Positions 1 to 11,250 of a stretch of 64,000 nt of DNA are shown here, in pieces. The DNA is from Octopus sinensis (lineage: Eukaryota). The DNA lies in NCBI RefSeq assembly GCF_006345805.1, contig NC_043014.1:41664001-41728000 (forward strand), given 5' to 3'. How positions within the stretch are numbered: position 1 is the first letter of the stretch; each line of letters opens with the position of its first letter. The translations under genes were made by a program, and so were the position numbers. Under the pieces are notes generated by a model. It was not told the origin of the DNA, ran no database searches, and saw only the letters and a list, made by a program, of their open reading frames with translations.

Positions 1-1135
1 AAGGCATGAAATTTTTGGGGAGGGGGCCAGTCGAATAGATCGACCCCAGTACGCAACTGGTACTTAATTTCTCGACCCCGAAAGAATGAAAGGTAAAGCC
101 GAGCTCGGCGGAATTTGAGATCGGAGCGCAAAGACAAACGAAATACCGCTATTATACCCGGCGTGCTAACGTTTCTTATTACTTTACTGCCCACAAGGGG
201 CTAAACATAGAGAGGACAAACATGGACAAACGGATTAAGTCGATTAGATCGACTCCAGTGCGTAACTGGTACTTAATTTATCAACCCGGAAAGGATGAAA
301 GGCAAAGCCGACCTCGGCGGAATTTGAATTCAGAACGTAACGGTAGACGAAATACCTATTCCTTTACTACCCACAAGGGGATAAACACAGAGAGGATAAA
401 CAAGGACAGACAAACGGATTAAGTCGATTACATCGACCGCAGTGCGTAACTGGTACCTATTTAATCAACCCCAAAAGGATGAAAGACAGTCGACTTCGGC
501 GGAAGTTGAACTCAGAACTTAACGGCAGACGGAATATCTATTTCTTTACTACCCTCACGGGGCTAAACACAGAGGGGACAAACAAGGACAGACAAACGGA
601 TTAAGTCGATTACATCGACCCCAGTGCGTAACTGGTACCTATTTAATCAACCCCGAAAGGATGAAAGACAGTCGACTTCGGCGGAAGTTGAACTCAGAAC
701 TTAACGGCAGACGGAATATCTATTTCTTTACTACCCTCACGGGGCTAAACACAGAGGGGACAAACAAGGACAGACAAACGGATTAAGTCGATTACATCGA
801 CCCCAGTGCGTAACTGGTACCTATTTAATCAACCCCGAAAGGATGAAAGACAGTCGACTTCGGCGGAAGTTGAACTCAGAACTTAACGGCAGACGGAATA
901 TCTATTTCTTTACTACCCTCAAGGGGCCAAACACAGAGGGGACAAACAAGGACAGACAAACGGATTAAGTCGATTACATCGACTCCACCGCGTAACTGGT
1001 ACTTAATTTATCGACCCCAAAAGGATGAAAGGCAAATTCGACCTCGGCGGAATTTGAACTCAGAACGCAACGGCAGACGAAATACGACTACGCGTTTCAC
1101 CCTGCGTGCTAACGTTTCTCCCAGCTCGCCGCCTT
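1..1135 (-). mobile_element. tRNA-derived SINE family A, head-to-tail multimer (one head, about 6 bodies, five LINE-like tail-A modules, terminal tail B; cut by window edge)
   Basis: Reverse complement gives head AAGGCGGCGAGCTGG..., B-box-like GAGTTCAAATTCC and core GCCTTTCATCCTTTCGGGGTCGATAAA...AAGTACCAG. Near-identical internal units repeat every 182 bp (TTTCTTTACTACCCTCA at 541, 723, 905). Confidence 0.9.
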
Positions 1136-2177
1136 CCTTTGAGTATCATATTAAATTACCAGCAACGTACTTGTGTGTGTTTGTATGCGTGTATGCTTGC
1201 ACGCACGCTTGCAATAACAAGTAGATTCTGAAATGATACAGATTTTGAAGGGTAGGTTTGAAAATTATCATGTGACACTCAAATATTAATTTTTTAATCG
1301 AGCTGTAGAGAGAGAGAGAGAGAGAGAGTCACACTAACGTTTTCGTTAATTAGTTTCAACTTCTAACGCTTTTTATTTTTAAGTCAGTAAATGATTAGTG
1401 CTATGTGCGAAACTCTAGAGAGTTAAGTCTCTTTTGTAAACTCTCTGCCGATTAATGCATATACATGTGTGTGTGTGTGCGTACGTGCGTGTGTCCGTGT
1501 TCGCGTGCGCAGTGTTTGTGTATGTGTGTGCGTTTCTGTATTTAAGTTTTTATTTTCATTCGCGACAACTTTCCGTTAAAATCATCACCTCTTTGAAAAA
1601 GGTGAACGAATTTTTATGAAATAGACCTGTAACACAAGGCTGGAACTTTTAATCTATAGATACAAAACCTACCCAACAAACAACACTCAGCTGTTTTTAA
1701 AAATAGAGGAAAAGATATATCAGAAAAATATGTCACCGTAGATATTGTATTCTTGACTAAAAGACAGGATGGTCATGATTGGATTAACATCATACCTCTA
1801 TACCGGTGATTCTGAATCTTCTTTAACTACGGACTCCTTTGATTGGTATTTTATTCTGGTGGACCCCCATTGCCATTTGATGTTTAAAAACTAGTTTCTT
1901 TCAAAATCCCTATTATGTGTTACGTGCGTTTGTATAAGTTTGCAATATTGCTCTCTGAAAGAACATGTTTCGTGACCAGAAATAAGTTAAACTATGTAAA
2001 ACATTAGAGAAAGGACCCGAGCTGTTTCTGATAATAAAGACATCAAAAGCAAAATAAATATTTTTCATGGGATCCCAATGTGGAACCCCAATTTGCAAAT
2101 TTTCCTGCGTGGACACCCAAAGATCTTATATGAAAAACAACGATCGTAAACAACACTAGAAATATCAACTATATTAT

Positions 2178-2590
2178 AGGAGCTGGAGCGGCTGTGTGGT
2201 AAGTAGCTTGCTTACCAACCACATGGTTCCGGTTTCAGTCCCACTGTGTGGCACATTGGGCAAATGTCTTCTACTACTGCCTTGGGCCGACCAAAGCCAT
2301 GTGAGTGGATTTGGTAGACGGAAACTGAAAGAAGCCCGTCGTATATATGTATAGATTTATGTGTGTGTGTATGTGTGTGTTTGTGTGTTTGTGTTTGTCC
2401 CCCCAACATCGCTTGACAACCGATACAGGTTTGTTTGCGTCCCCGTAACTTAGCGGTTCTGCAAAAGAGACCGATGGAATATGTACTATGCTTACAAAGA
2501 ATAAGTCCTGGGGTCGATTTGCTCGACTAAAGGCGATGCTCCTGCATGACCGCTGTCAAATGACTGAAACAAGTAAAAGAGTAAAAGAGT
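2178..2590 (+). mobile_element. tRNA-derived SINE family B, full length
   Basis: GGCTGTGTGGTAAG (A-box-like), GGTTTCAGTCCC (B-box-like), TTGGGCAA..TGTCTT block, internal (TG)n and (AAAAGAGT)n tail; matches copies at 28450, 43381, 52525. Confidence 0.9.
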
Positions 2591-3218
2591 ATATTCTAGC
2601 CTGAGCTGAACACTCAAAATCTAAGCAATGAGAGGGGATAAACCGTTCAAGCTTAATTTGACATGAATTGCTAAGTAAAGAGAAAATAATTAGTATAATA
2701 CCATTGGCAAAATATCTAAATTTCAGTCAAATCACGTTAATCTATTTTAATGAAATTTTTCTCTAAAATTAAATCAAAAAGTGAACTGAAATCCTTCTGA
2801 TAGCAACTCTTCTCTTCATGCCTGGAGGGTCGATCGAATATGCGCTTTGTATATACATGTATCATGGAGGCCTTACAGATTCCTAATCGTTCTTCCTCTC
2901 CTTACTACATCGAACAATATGGCAGCTTCTGATTTGTTTTTTTGCTCTTCCCTTCGTGCACATAACACCTTTGCCGCTTATCTCTATCCACACTTCCACA
3001 TTTTATTGATTTTAAAATATACCAGCATTCCTTTTGATCTCAACTGCCTCCTAGTAGTTGTTTTCCCTTTCTAGATTTTCCTCATGATATACCAGCGTTC
3101 TTCTTGATTCTCTGTTTTAACCCTTCTTCCTCGAACAAAACCTTTTTGCCGTGTGACTTTCTAAATATCTTCCCTTATTCGTATAATTTAATATTATATA
3201 ATATTCTCTTATTATATA

Positions 3219-3613
3219 CTAGCAGTATCGCCCGGCGTTGCTCGGGTTTGTTTCGACCCTTTAGAATTGGAATTTTTAAAAAGTAAAAATTTTACATTAT
3301 TCTCTTTAAGTGGACATTTTTCTGGTTGAAATACACAGAAAAATGGCGACACGGCAGTCAAACAATCGTAAAAAAATAGGGAATTTCATAGAAAAAAAGC
3401 ACCTTTTTGATGTAAATAATTTTTGATCTTAGCATGGTCTGATTTGAATTTTTTCTTCTACGGAAGGAAGAGCAAACCTTCTTCTATCATACTCTCAATT
3501 TTGGTCAACTTGCGCCGCTGGGTCTCGGAGGAGATAGTGTTAGTTGAAGGCTACCAAATCTGCCATACACAGACATTATATATATATACACAGACATTAT
3601 ATATATATATAGA
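3219..3613 (-). mobile_element. Non-autonomous Helitron (about 395 bp)
   Basis: On minus: starts TC and ends CCCGAGCAACGCCGGG hairpin + 8 nt + CTAG, inserted between A and T with no TSD. These are canonical Helitron termini. Confidence 0.8.
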
Positions 3614-3618
3614 TATAC

Positions 3619-3659
3619 ATGTGTGTGTGTGTGTCTGTGTGTGTGTGTGTGTGTGTGTC

Positions 3660-3713
<54 letters not shown>

Positions 3714-3730
3714 TGTGTTTGTGCGTGTGT
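3619..3730. repeat. (TG)n microsatellite
   Basis: Direct reading. Confidence 0.95.
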
Positions 3731-4006
3731 AACGAAGAAAAGTTGGGGGTTACCGCAGGACTAAAAATATAAGGAAAAGAATTTGAAAATGCAGGAGTCT
3801 TTTAAATGTATTTATTAACGTAACCGGTTTCACATGTTTAAAAACATTTTCAGAAGTAAAGTATGAGGCTTTGTGTATCCTCTGTGGTGTCAAAAATTAG
3901 TTGAGATAAATGTATTCAAATCAAGTGATAGAGTCTTCGACAAATGATAAGAAAATTTTGAGGTTTTGTGTATAGTAGATTTATTGATACAAATATAATC
4001 GAACAC

Positions 4007-4040
<34 letters not shown>

Positions 4041-4137
4041 TAGAGCAAATATATGTTCAATTATTTACTTACACTTGGGTACAAGGCGGGAAACTGTTGA
4101 AGTTTGAATCATTTATGTAGCTTTTCATCTACACACT

Positions 4138-4443
4138 TATTATTTGTTCCTTCTCAAGCCATGCCTAGCTCATAAGGGGCGGTTTTCCGGTTTCATTGGA
4201 GTATAGATTTCCAACCTGGACGGGACGCTAGTCCGTTGCAGGTGAGCTGCTAGATGTAGGAGGAAAGAGTGAGAGAAAGTCGTGGTGAAAGAGTCAGTAG
4301 AAGTTCGCCATTACCTTTGCCGGAGCCGCGTGGAACTTAGGTGTTTCGCTCAAAAACACACACATCGCCCGGTCTGAGATTCGCACCCGCGATTCCTAGA
4401 CCGCGAGTCCGCCGCTCTAACCACTAGACCATGTGCCTCCTCT
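4138..4443 (-). mobile_element. tRNA-derived SINE (family D head/middle + tail 2)
   Basis: On minus GGAGGCACATGGTCTAGTGGTTAGAGC.. head shared with the 44893 copy; tail GCGTCCCGTCCAGG..GAAACCGG shared with the 42740 copy; flanking TCTACACAC repeats. Confidence 0.85.
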
Positions 4444-4477
4444 GTCTACACACAGACACATACAAAATTTGATCCTG

Positions 4478-4686
4478 TCTACTATAGACATAAGGCCTGG
4501 AATTTGGGTGGAATGGGAGCTAGTCGATTATATCGAACTTCAGTGCTCAATTGGAACGTGATTTATCGACTCCGAAAATTCGACCTCGACCTCAGCGGTA
4601 TTTGAACTCAGAATGTATGAAGACGGACGAGATGCTGCTAAACAATTTATCCGGCTTGCTAACAAATACTGACAGCTCACCGCCTT
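4478..4686 (-). mobile_element. Old SINE family A copy (tail B)
   Basis: Diverged match to the family A head, core and tail B. Confidence 0.75.
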
Positions 4687-4779
4687 ACACAAACTCAATA
4701 TAATGCAAGAAAATATCTAGCATTGAGGCTAGTAAGGAACTAGCACCAAGTATAGGATATGATGGCATTGGAAGAAAAT

Positions 4780-5347
4780 AGTGGTGGTGGTGGTAGTGGT
4801 AATAGTAGTAGTAGTAGTAGTAGTTGCGGTGGTGGTGTTTTGGTGGTAGTAGTAGTGGTGATAGTGGTGGTGACGGTGGTGATGATAGTAGTAATAGTAG
4901 TAGTGGTGGTGTTTTGATGGTGGTAGTAGTAGTAGTAGTAGTGGTTATGGTAGTGGTGGCAGTGGTGGTAGTAGTGTTGGTAATAGTAGTAGTAGTAGCA
5001 GTAGTAGTGGTGGTGGTGGTGGTGGTGGTGGTGATGGTGGTGGTTATAATAGTAGTAGTAGTGGTGGTGGTGGTAGTAGTAATAGTAGTAGTAGTGGTGA
5101 TGATGGTAATAGTAGTGGTAGTGGTGGGGTGGTGGTGGTGGTGGTTATAATAGTAGTAGTAGTGGTGGTTGTGGTGGTAGTAATAGTAGTAGTGGTGATG
5201 ATGGTAATAGTAACGGTAGTGGTGGGGGTGGGGGGTAATAGTAGTTGTAGTGGTGGTGGTAGTAGTAGTGGTGTTGGTGTGATGGTTGTAGTAGTAGTAG
5301 TCGTAGCAGCATCAGTTAATGAGAAAACAGCAGTAGCAGCAGCAGCT
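4780..5347. repeat. Compound (GTG/TAG/GTA)n trinucleotide microsatellite
   Basis: Direct reading; source of the poly-Val ORFs. Confidence 0.95.
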
Positions 5348-6044
5348 ATGATATATTTTTGAGGCTTTGCAGGTTAAATTCACTATAGAATACAGTTAAT
5401 CCTTCGATCCAGGAGACTTAATCCCTGTACTGAAACCAATATATTTATACATGTACTATTGCGCTCTGCCGCTATTATTAGTATCATTGTTGTTGCTGCT
5501 GTTGTTGTTATTGTTGTTGTTGTTGTTGTTGTTGTTGTAGTTGATGTTGTTGTTACCGTTATTGTTGTCGCTTCTGTTTCTATTAATTTTCCCCTTTTTA
5601 GTCTGTAGCGATAGGCGAAACTATTTATAAAACCATTCACGCATTTTGACAGATTAGCCTGTCCTGTGTTTAATGCTGTTTATATATTGCCGGGATTTGC
5701 TTATAGCAGAATCTGTGATTAGCTATCAGGAATCGCATTAAGGATGCGGGACTTGCCAACGACGCAAGTGAAAATGCATTAAACACAGGCACCCAGACAG
5801 ACAGACAGTCAAACACACACACACAAACGCACACAGTCACATAAGCACATTCATATACATTCACACATTAAGATCATACATACAAAATGCATACGCATGT
5901 ACGAGTGCGGACACAAACGTATATATGTTGTCAGGACCTAATTTTCAAGATCCCGTACGAATGAAAAGCTGTAATATACGTCTTCTTGACTAAGAACTTT
6001 TCCTGTATTCTTTTATGAAAGTTATGCTTGAATTCCAAGTGTCA

Positions 6045-6453
6045 AGTTAAGTTAAGTTAATTTTTTGGCTCAAAAAGCAAAAGCAAGGCCATGTAGGGGG
6101 ACATGGAGTTATGTACATGCAAAGAGTTCAGGCCATTTCTGGTCAAGAGAGACTTTGAACCGAGCGGTTGTTGGCATCTTCACTATCTCGTCCGGCAGCT
6201 TATTCCACGGATCCGCAACCAGGACGGAGAAAGCCCCCTCTCTCGTTTGAGATGAAGTCGTCGCAGATAGAGCTTTTCGGAGTGACCCCGCAGCCGACGC
6301 TCTGGAGCAGGAGTGAAGAACAGCTCTTTCAGGAGGTTACACTTTCCGCTTATGATGTTGTGAGCAAGAATGAGATCACCACGGCGTCGTCGTTTTTCTA
6401 GAGAATAAAGGTCGAGTGTCTTCAGCCTTTCTTCATAAGACAAATGCTTGAGA
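6045..6453 (-). mobile_element. 5'-truncated CR1-like LINE 3' end
   Basis: Encodes GLKHLSYEERLKTLDLYSLEKRRRRGDLI...RLRGHSEKL and, after a frameshift, WNKLP (typical CR1 ORF2 C-terminus). (TTAAC)n tail; TSD CCAAGTGTCA at 6035-6044 and 6454-6463. Confidence 0.9.
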
Positions 6454-6819
6454 CCAAGTGTCACTTGATCTGGGGTCGTGTTTTGAAACTAAACCGATTG
6501 CATTGACGGAAGAACATTGATAACCATTTACAACATAAATATAGGGTTCAAGCCTCCATTATTTCATAACAGTATTACGTGATATTGTGTTCGTCATATT
6601 TTCGGAATAGATTCAATATTTCGTAACTGACACGATCACGTTAAGATAGACACACTTATTCGTATGCAGTAAAAAAAAAAAAAAGAAACGGAAAGAGAAA
6701 TGGAAGAAATTCAAGAAATAGAATGTAGGTGTAAATGAGTAAGAAAATTGAAGAGAAATAAGAAAGAGGACAGTGTTGATTTGACTGAGACCAGGTTTAA
6801 AGCCGTTTAAGAAATGATA

Positions 6820-7250
6820 AAATGGAGTCCGATCTACCTATAAGGATCATGTCATGAGGTAACACCCAGAAAAAATCTGTCACACCATAACACATAATAA
6901 GAATTACACGACTGAAACATGTTCTCTAAAACACTAAGCAATCTGATTTGAGAACTGGTCATCATATAGCACTCAAACCCTGTCTTTAAAGCAAAGTTTT
7001 TACCAACTGAACGGTGCAGCATGAGAGAAAAATGTAGGATTTACATAACAAATTTTATCATAAGATATCGGAAGATTTTTTTACAAATCCATAACATCTA
7101 GCTCCAGCAGACATGTAAATATGAGAGATTTTAACAGGGCACATCTGCTATAAACAGCAGTAAATTACTGGCAAGCCGAAGCGCTTTTTACTACATAAAA
7201 AATACACCTTAAACCGCAAGACACACAGTGCTGGACACAAGGCAAATTAT
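6820..7250 (+). pseudogene. Possible highly decayed LINE AP-endonuclease remnant
   Basis: A-rich coding-like composition; ATGAGAGATTTTAAC (MRDFN) resembles the APE 'GDFN' motif; many stops. Confidence 0.25.
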
Positions 7251-7310
7251 ATGATACTTCTTAGTACAGTAGCAGCATCAACTTCTAGATTGCTATAGTG
7301 TTCGGTGAGA

Positions 7311-7728
7311 AAGGCGGCGAGCTGGCAGAAACGTTAGCACGCCGGGCGAAATGCGTATCCGTATTTCGTCTGCCGTTACGTTCTGAGTACATATTCCGCC
7401 GAGGTCGATTTTGCATTTCATCCTTTCGGAGTCGATTAAATAATTACCAGTTATGCACTGGGGGTAGATATAATCGACATAGTCCGTTTGTCTGTCCTTG
7501 TTTGTCCTCTCTGTGTTTAGCCCCTTGTGGGTAGTAAAGAAATAGGTATTTCGTCTGCCGCTCCGTTCTGAGTTCAAATTCCGCCGAGGTCGACTTTGCC
7601 TTTCATCTTTTCGGAGTCGATAAATTAAGTACCAGTTACGCACTGGGGTCGATGTAATCGACTTAATCCCTTTGTCTGTCCTTGTTTGTACTCTCTATGT
7701 TTACCCCCTTGTGGGCAATGAAGAAATA
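7311..7728 (+). mobile_element. SINE family A dimer (head-body-tailA-body-tailA)
   Basis: Internal junction AAAGAAATA|GGTATTTCG; whole dimer flanked by TSD TATAGT(G/T)TTCGGTGAGA (7294-7310, 7731-7747). Confidence 0.9.
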
Positions 7729-7883
7729 TATATAGTTTTCGGTGAGAAACAGAAACATAGAAACGACAAGGCTGAAAGTACTCATTGAACGTTATCAAAT
7801 TAACCAGTAACAAGGCTTAGCACATTGTCATGGGTTAGTTAATAACTTAAAATTAATTTCACTATGTTACCACATCTATTCAA

Positions 7884-8292
7884 AGAAGCTTGAGAGGCGG
7901 TTGGATGGAACCTACACTCGCCTCCTTATGAGAGCTCAAAATCTCTCGTGGAAGCGTCATCCAACCAAAATGCAAATATATGGGAAACTACAACCTCTGT
8001 CATCTCTTGTGAAAGGTAGGAGAGTCCAGTTTGCTGGACATTGTTGTAGAGCTGAAAAAGAGTTAATTTCTACTCTTCTCCTCTGGAAGCCATCTACTCG
8101 TAATACCAGAGGGCGCACACTCTCCTACCCTGATGTAATCTCCAGGGATACAGGCATCCAGCCCAGGGATACAGGCATCCAGCCCAGGGATACAGGCATC
8201 CAGCAACAGGACCTCCGTAATGCCATGATGGACCGTGAAGTCTGGCGTAGCATGGTAAATTCCATTGTCTCGACCACGGTCAAACAATGATG
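7884..8292 (+). mobile_element. 5'-truncated RTE-group LINE 3' end
   Basis: Open frame LDGTYTRLLMRAQNLSWKRH...RRVQFAGHCCR...LLLWKP...AMMDREVWR (RTE/RTEX-type C-terminus); (TGA)n tail; TSD ACATCTATTCAA at 7872-7883 and 8293-8304. Confidence 0.9.
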
Positions 8293-8776
8293 ACATCTAT
8301 TCAACCGTTTCATCTGTCAATTGACTTTCTAATTCTATTATACACCCGCCTATCTCTTAGCTATCTAACCGTATCTATCTATATATCTATCCATCTGTCT
8401 ATCTATCAACCCGTCTCCTTGTCTGTATATCTGAATATGTAACTTTCTCTGTCGCCTTTCCGTCTTATACGGTTTAGCATAGAAGCCGAATCAACACCAA
8501 AACATTTATCGCCTGTTATAGCATATTATGATATCCTTTTGATATCCGGTCATATTATGAATTTCTATATTTTTTCATATCACAATGAATCACACTTAAC
8601 TCCAACGTCTCCAACTCCATACCCACAATAGGTGTGCGCGTGTTTGTATGTATGCATGTCTCACTAATATATATATATATATATAGACACATACAAATAC
8701 ATATATCTGTTTGAAAGATGTCTGTGTATGTATACCTGTATATGTGTGTGAGTGTACGTGCGTGCGTTTGTGTGTG

Positions 8777-8808
<32 letters not shown>

Positions 8809-9242
8809 CGAAAATGTGTGTGTCTTTCTCTGTGTCTTTCTCTTAGCTTTCAGCTGAAACACTACAACTTGAATAATAGATAAAGGAAAGTGGGATAAAG
8901 CCATGTTTCTTGATTCTTTCAAAACACATTATTGTCACATTTGAAATGGCTTCATCCGAGAATCAAAGCCGGATTTCGGACTTAAGTAGCAGCGAGCTTA
9001 ATTCTTTTTCTCCACCTTTCAAACCTTTCTGATAACATATAAAACATACAAAAGTCTTTCCAGAAGTCTTATAAATTCTATAAACACTCAGTTGACGTCA
9101 AAACTACAAAAAAAAAAAAAAATTAATTAAATATTGTTACTAAGCAACAAAGGGGCTCCAATGCAATCACAAGTTTTCTGCTAGAAATAACAGCCAACGT
9201 CCTTGAAATGCCTTTATACTTTATATAGATGGCGAATACATA

Positions 9243-9400
9243 TGTTTCTTTATTAGCCACACAGGGCTGAACACAGACGAGAGAAATTACAAAGTAGAGC
9301 TTTTCTTGTTGGGGAGAAAAAAAAAGTGGGGTTGGTTTTCGATCAAAAGTAATCGTAAAAAGGAAAGTAAAAACGATCAATAGAGATCGTGTATCACACA
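9243..9400 (-). mobile_element. Putative LINE (L1/Tx1-like) 3' UTR fragment
   Basis: On minus ends TCTGTGTTCAGCCCTGTGTGGCTAATAAAGAAA; homologous to 60640-61398 and to SINE A tail A. Confidence 0.55.
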
Positions 9401-9856
9401 TAGAACCATTAAAGAGTTCAATGAAATGTCTCTCGTTATTTCGGCTGATTTTCTGCGCTCTGAATTCAAACACCGACGTAACCAAATTTACCGTTAATCA
9501 TTTCGGGAATGATAAGAAAATAACTCATCCATGGTGATGAATTAACAGAACTACAAGAATATCGGATGTAACGCCTCGTTGAAGCCAGTCATGGCCTACG
9601 TAGGTGGTAGACTTAAACCGTGGCCTTGTTTATCAACATCACATTGTACTTTAACGAAGAGTTGGTTCTTCCCTATTTTTAACGTTGGTTGTTTCACATG
9701 TGCACTTACCATAGGTAGGCCCGAGGGCAATGCCCTTTCCCAGTCTAATGGCCGTAGCCTATTCCGGTAGGTTTTAATGTGAACAGTGCCACGTGTCCTG
9801 TGGTGCATCAATAATTGACTCGACATGTCTTCACATGTATATATCTTCATATATTT

Positions 9857-10088
9857 AGGCGGCGAGCTGGCAGAAACGGTAGCACGCCGGGCGAAATGCG
9901 TAGCCGTATTTCGTCTGCCGTTACGTTCTGAGTTCAAATTCCGCCGAGGTTGACTTTGCCTTTCATCCTTTCGGGGTCGATAAATTAAGTACCAGTTACG
10001 CACTGGGGTCGATGGAATCAACTTAATCCCTTTGTCTGTCCTTGTTTGTCCCCTCTGTGTTTAGTCCCTTGTGGGTAGTAAAGAAATA
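9857..10088 (+). mobile_element. SINE family A monomer (tail A)
   Basis: Full head, core and tail; flanked by ATATATCTTCATAT repeats (TSD). Confidence 0.9.
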
Positions 10089-10888
10089 TATATATCTTCA
10101 TATGTTGATATATACTTAAATGATAAACTTCTGGAAAGTTTTACAGAGTTTTACAGTATGTGCGTATGTATGCATGTATGTATTTACATACGTGCATACG
10201 TATGTATCTATGTATGTATCATAGGAGTGCGATCCATGGCAGCAGGAGAAGCAATGCTTCCCTTAAAAATTATAGAGACAAAATTGAATTATACTACTTA
10301 CTTTCCATAAAATCGTTTTTTCTAATGTTCTGTGAAATTAATATAAACTACATTACACCATAGGCTTCAGACTTTTATTGTCAGAATTAGCATGAGACGA
10401 CAAGCAGTTGCAGATGATACAGAAAGAAAATCTTGCAAGGGAAGCAACACGAGCTGTTGCATCCTTTTTGGTGTAATATTTTAACATTTCTTCCGAAAAA
10501 ATGCCACAGACAATTTTTTTTTCTAGGAAGAGCTGATAACGAATAGTTTTAGATGCTAATAAATACTTATACGTTTAGATTAAGCTTCTGTTAATTCGCA
10601 ATACCTATGATGTATGTAATCGTATGTTGTTATGTAACACTTACATAAGAAAAGGGAAGCAAGTTGCCATTCTGCTTCCATCAGAAAAACGGTGAAAAGA
10701 TAACACGCGCGTAGTTCTCTGCGTTTATTCAACGAATATTTTATACTCTTTTGAATTATATTTTATTAACATAAAATAGCTGAATAACATGAACATGTCA
10801 ATTTGATTCAAATATCCACGTGACACAAAAATGTTGGTCATTGTTTCCTCAGCCAGAAAGCTCAACGCAAGCTCCTGGTATGTGTGAT

Positions 10889-11188
10889 TGTATGTATGTA
10901 TGTATGTATGTATGTATGTATGTATGTATGTATGTATGTATGTATGTATGTATGTATGCATGTATGTATGTATGTATGTGTATGTATGTATAAGCACATA
11001 AAGGCAAAACAAGACGGAAACAAATAGTATTCGAATAAGTTAAAATAAAATGTTTTTATTAGAGCAAAAATATAATCTTCAGAAATTGTTACCCTGAATT
11101 TCATGCTAGCGTTCCACTAAGAAACCTTAACGTGAAACTCTGTTAACATAACAATAGTGTGTGTGTGTGTGTTTGTGTGTGTATGTGT

Positions 11189-11248
<60 letters not shown>
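10889..11248. repeat. (TATG)n and (TG)n microsatellites
   Basis: Direct reading (10889-10990 and 11157-11248). Confidence 0.9.

Positions 11249-11250
<2 letters not shown>

Noticed and set aside
356-1080. CRISPR-like array (also considered for 36106-37003)
   Set aside because: Units are whole SINE bodies with no unique spacers, there are no cas genes, and the context is eukaryotic.
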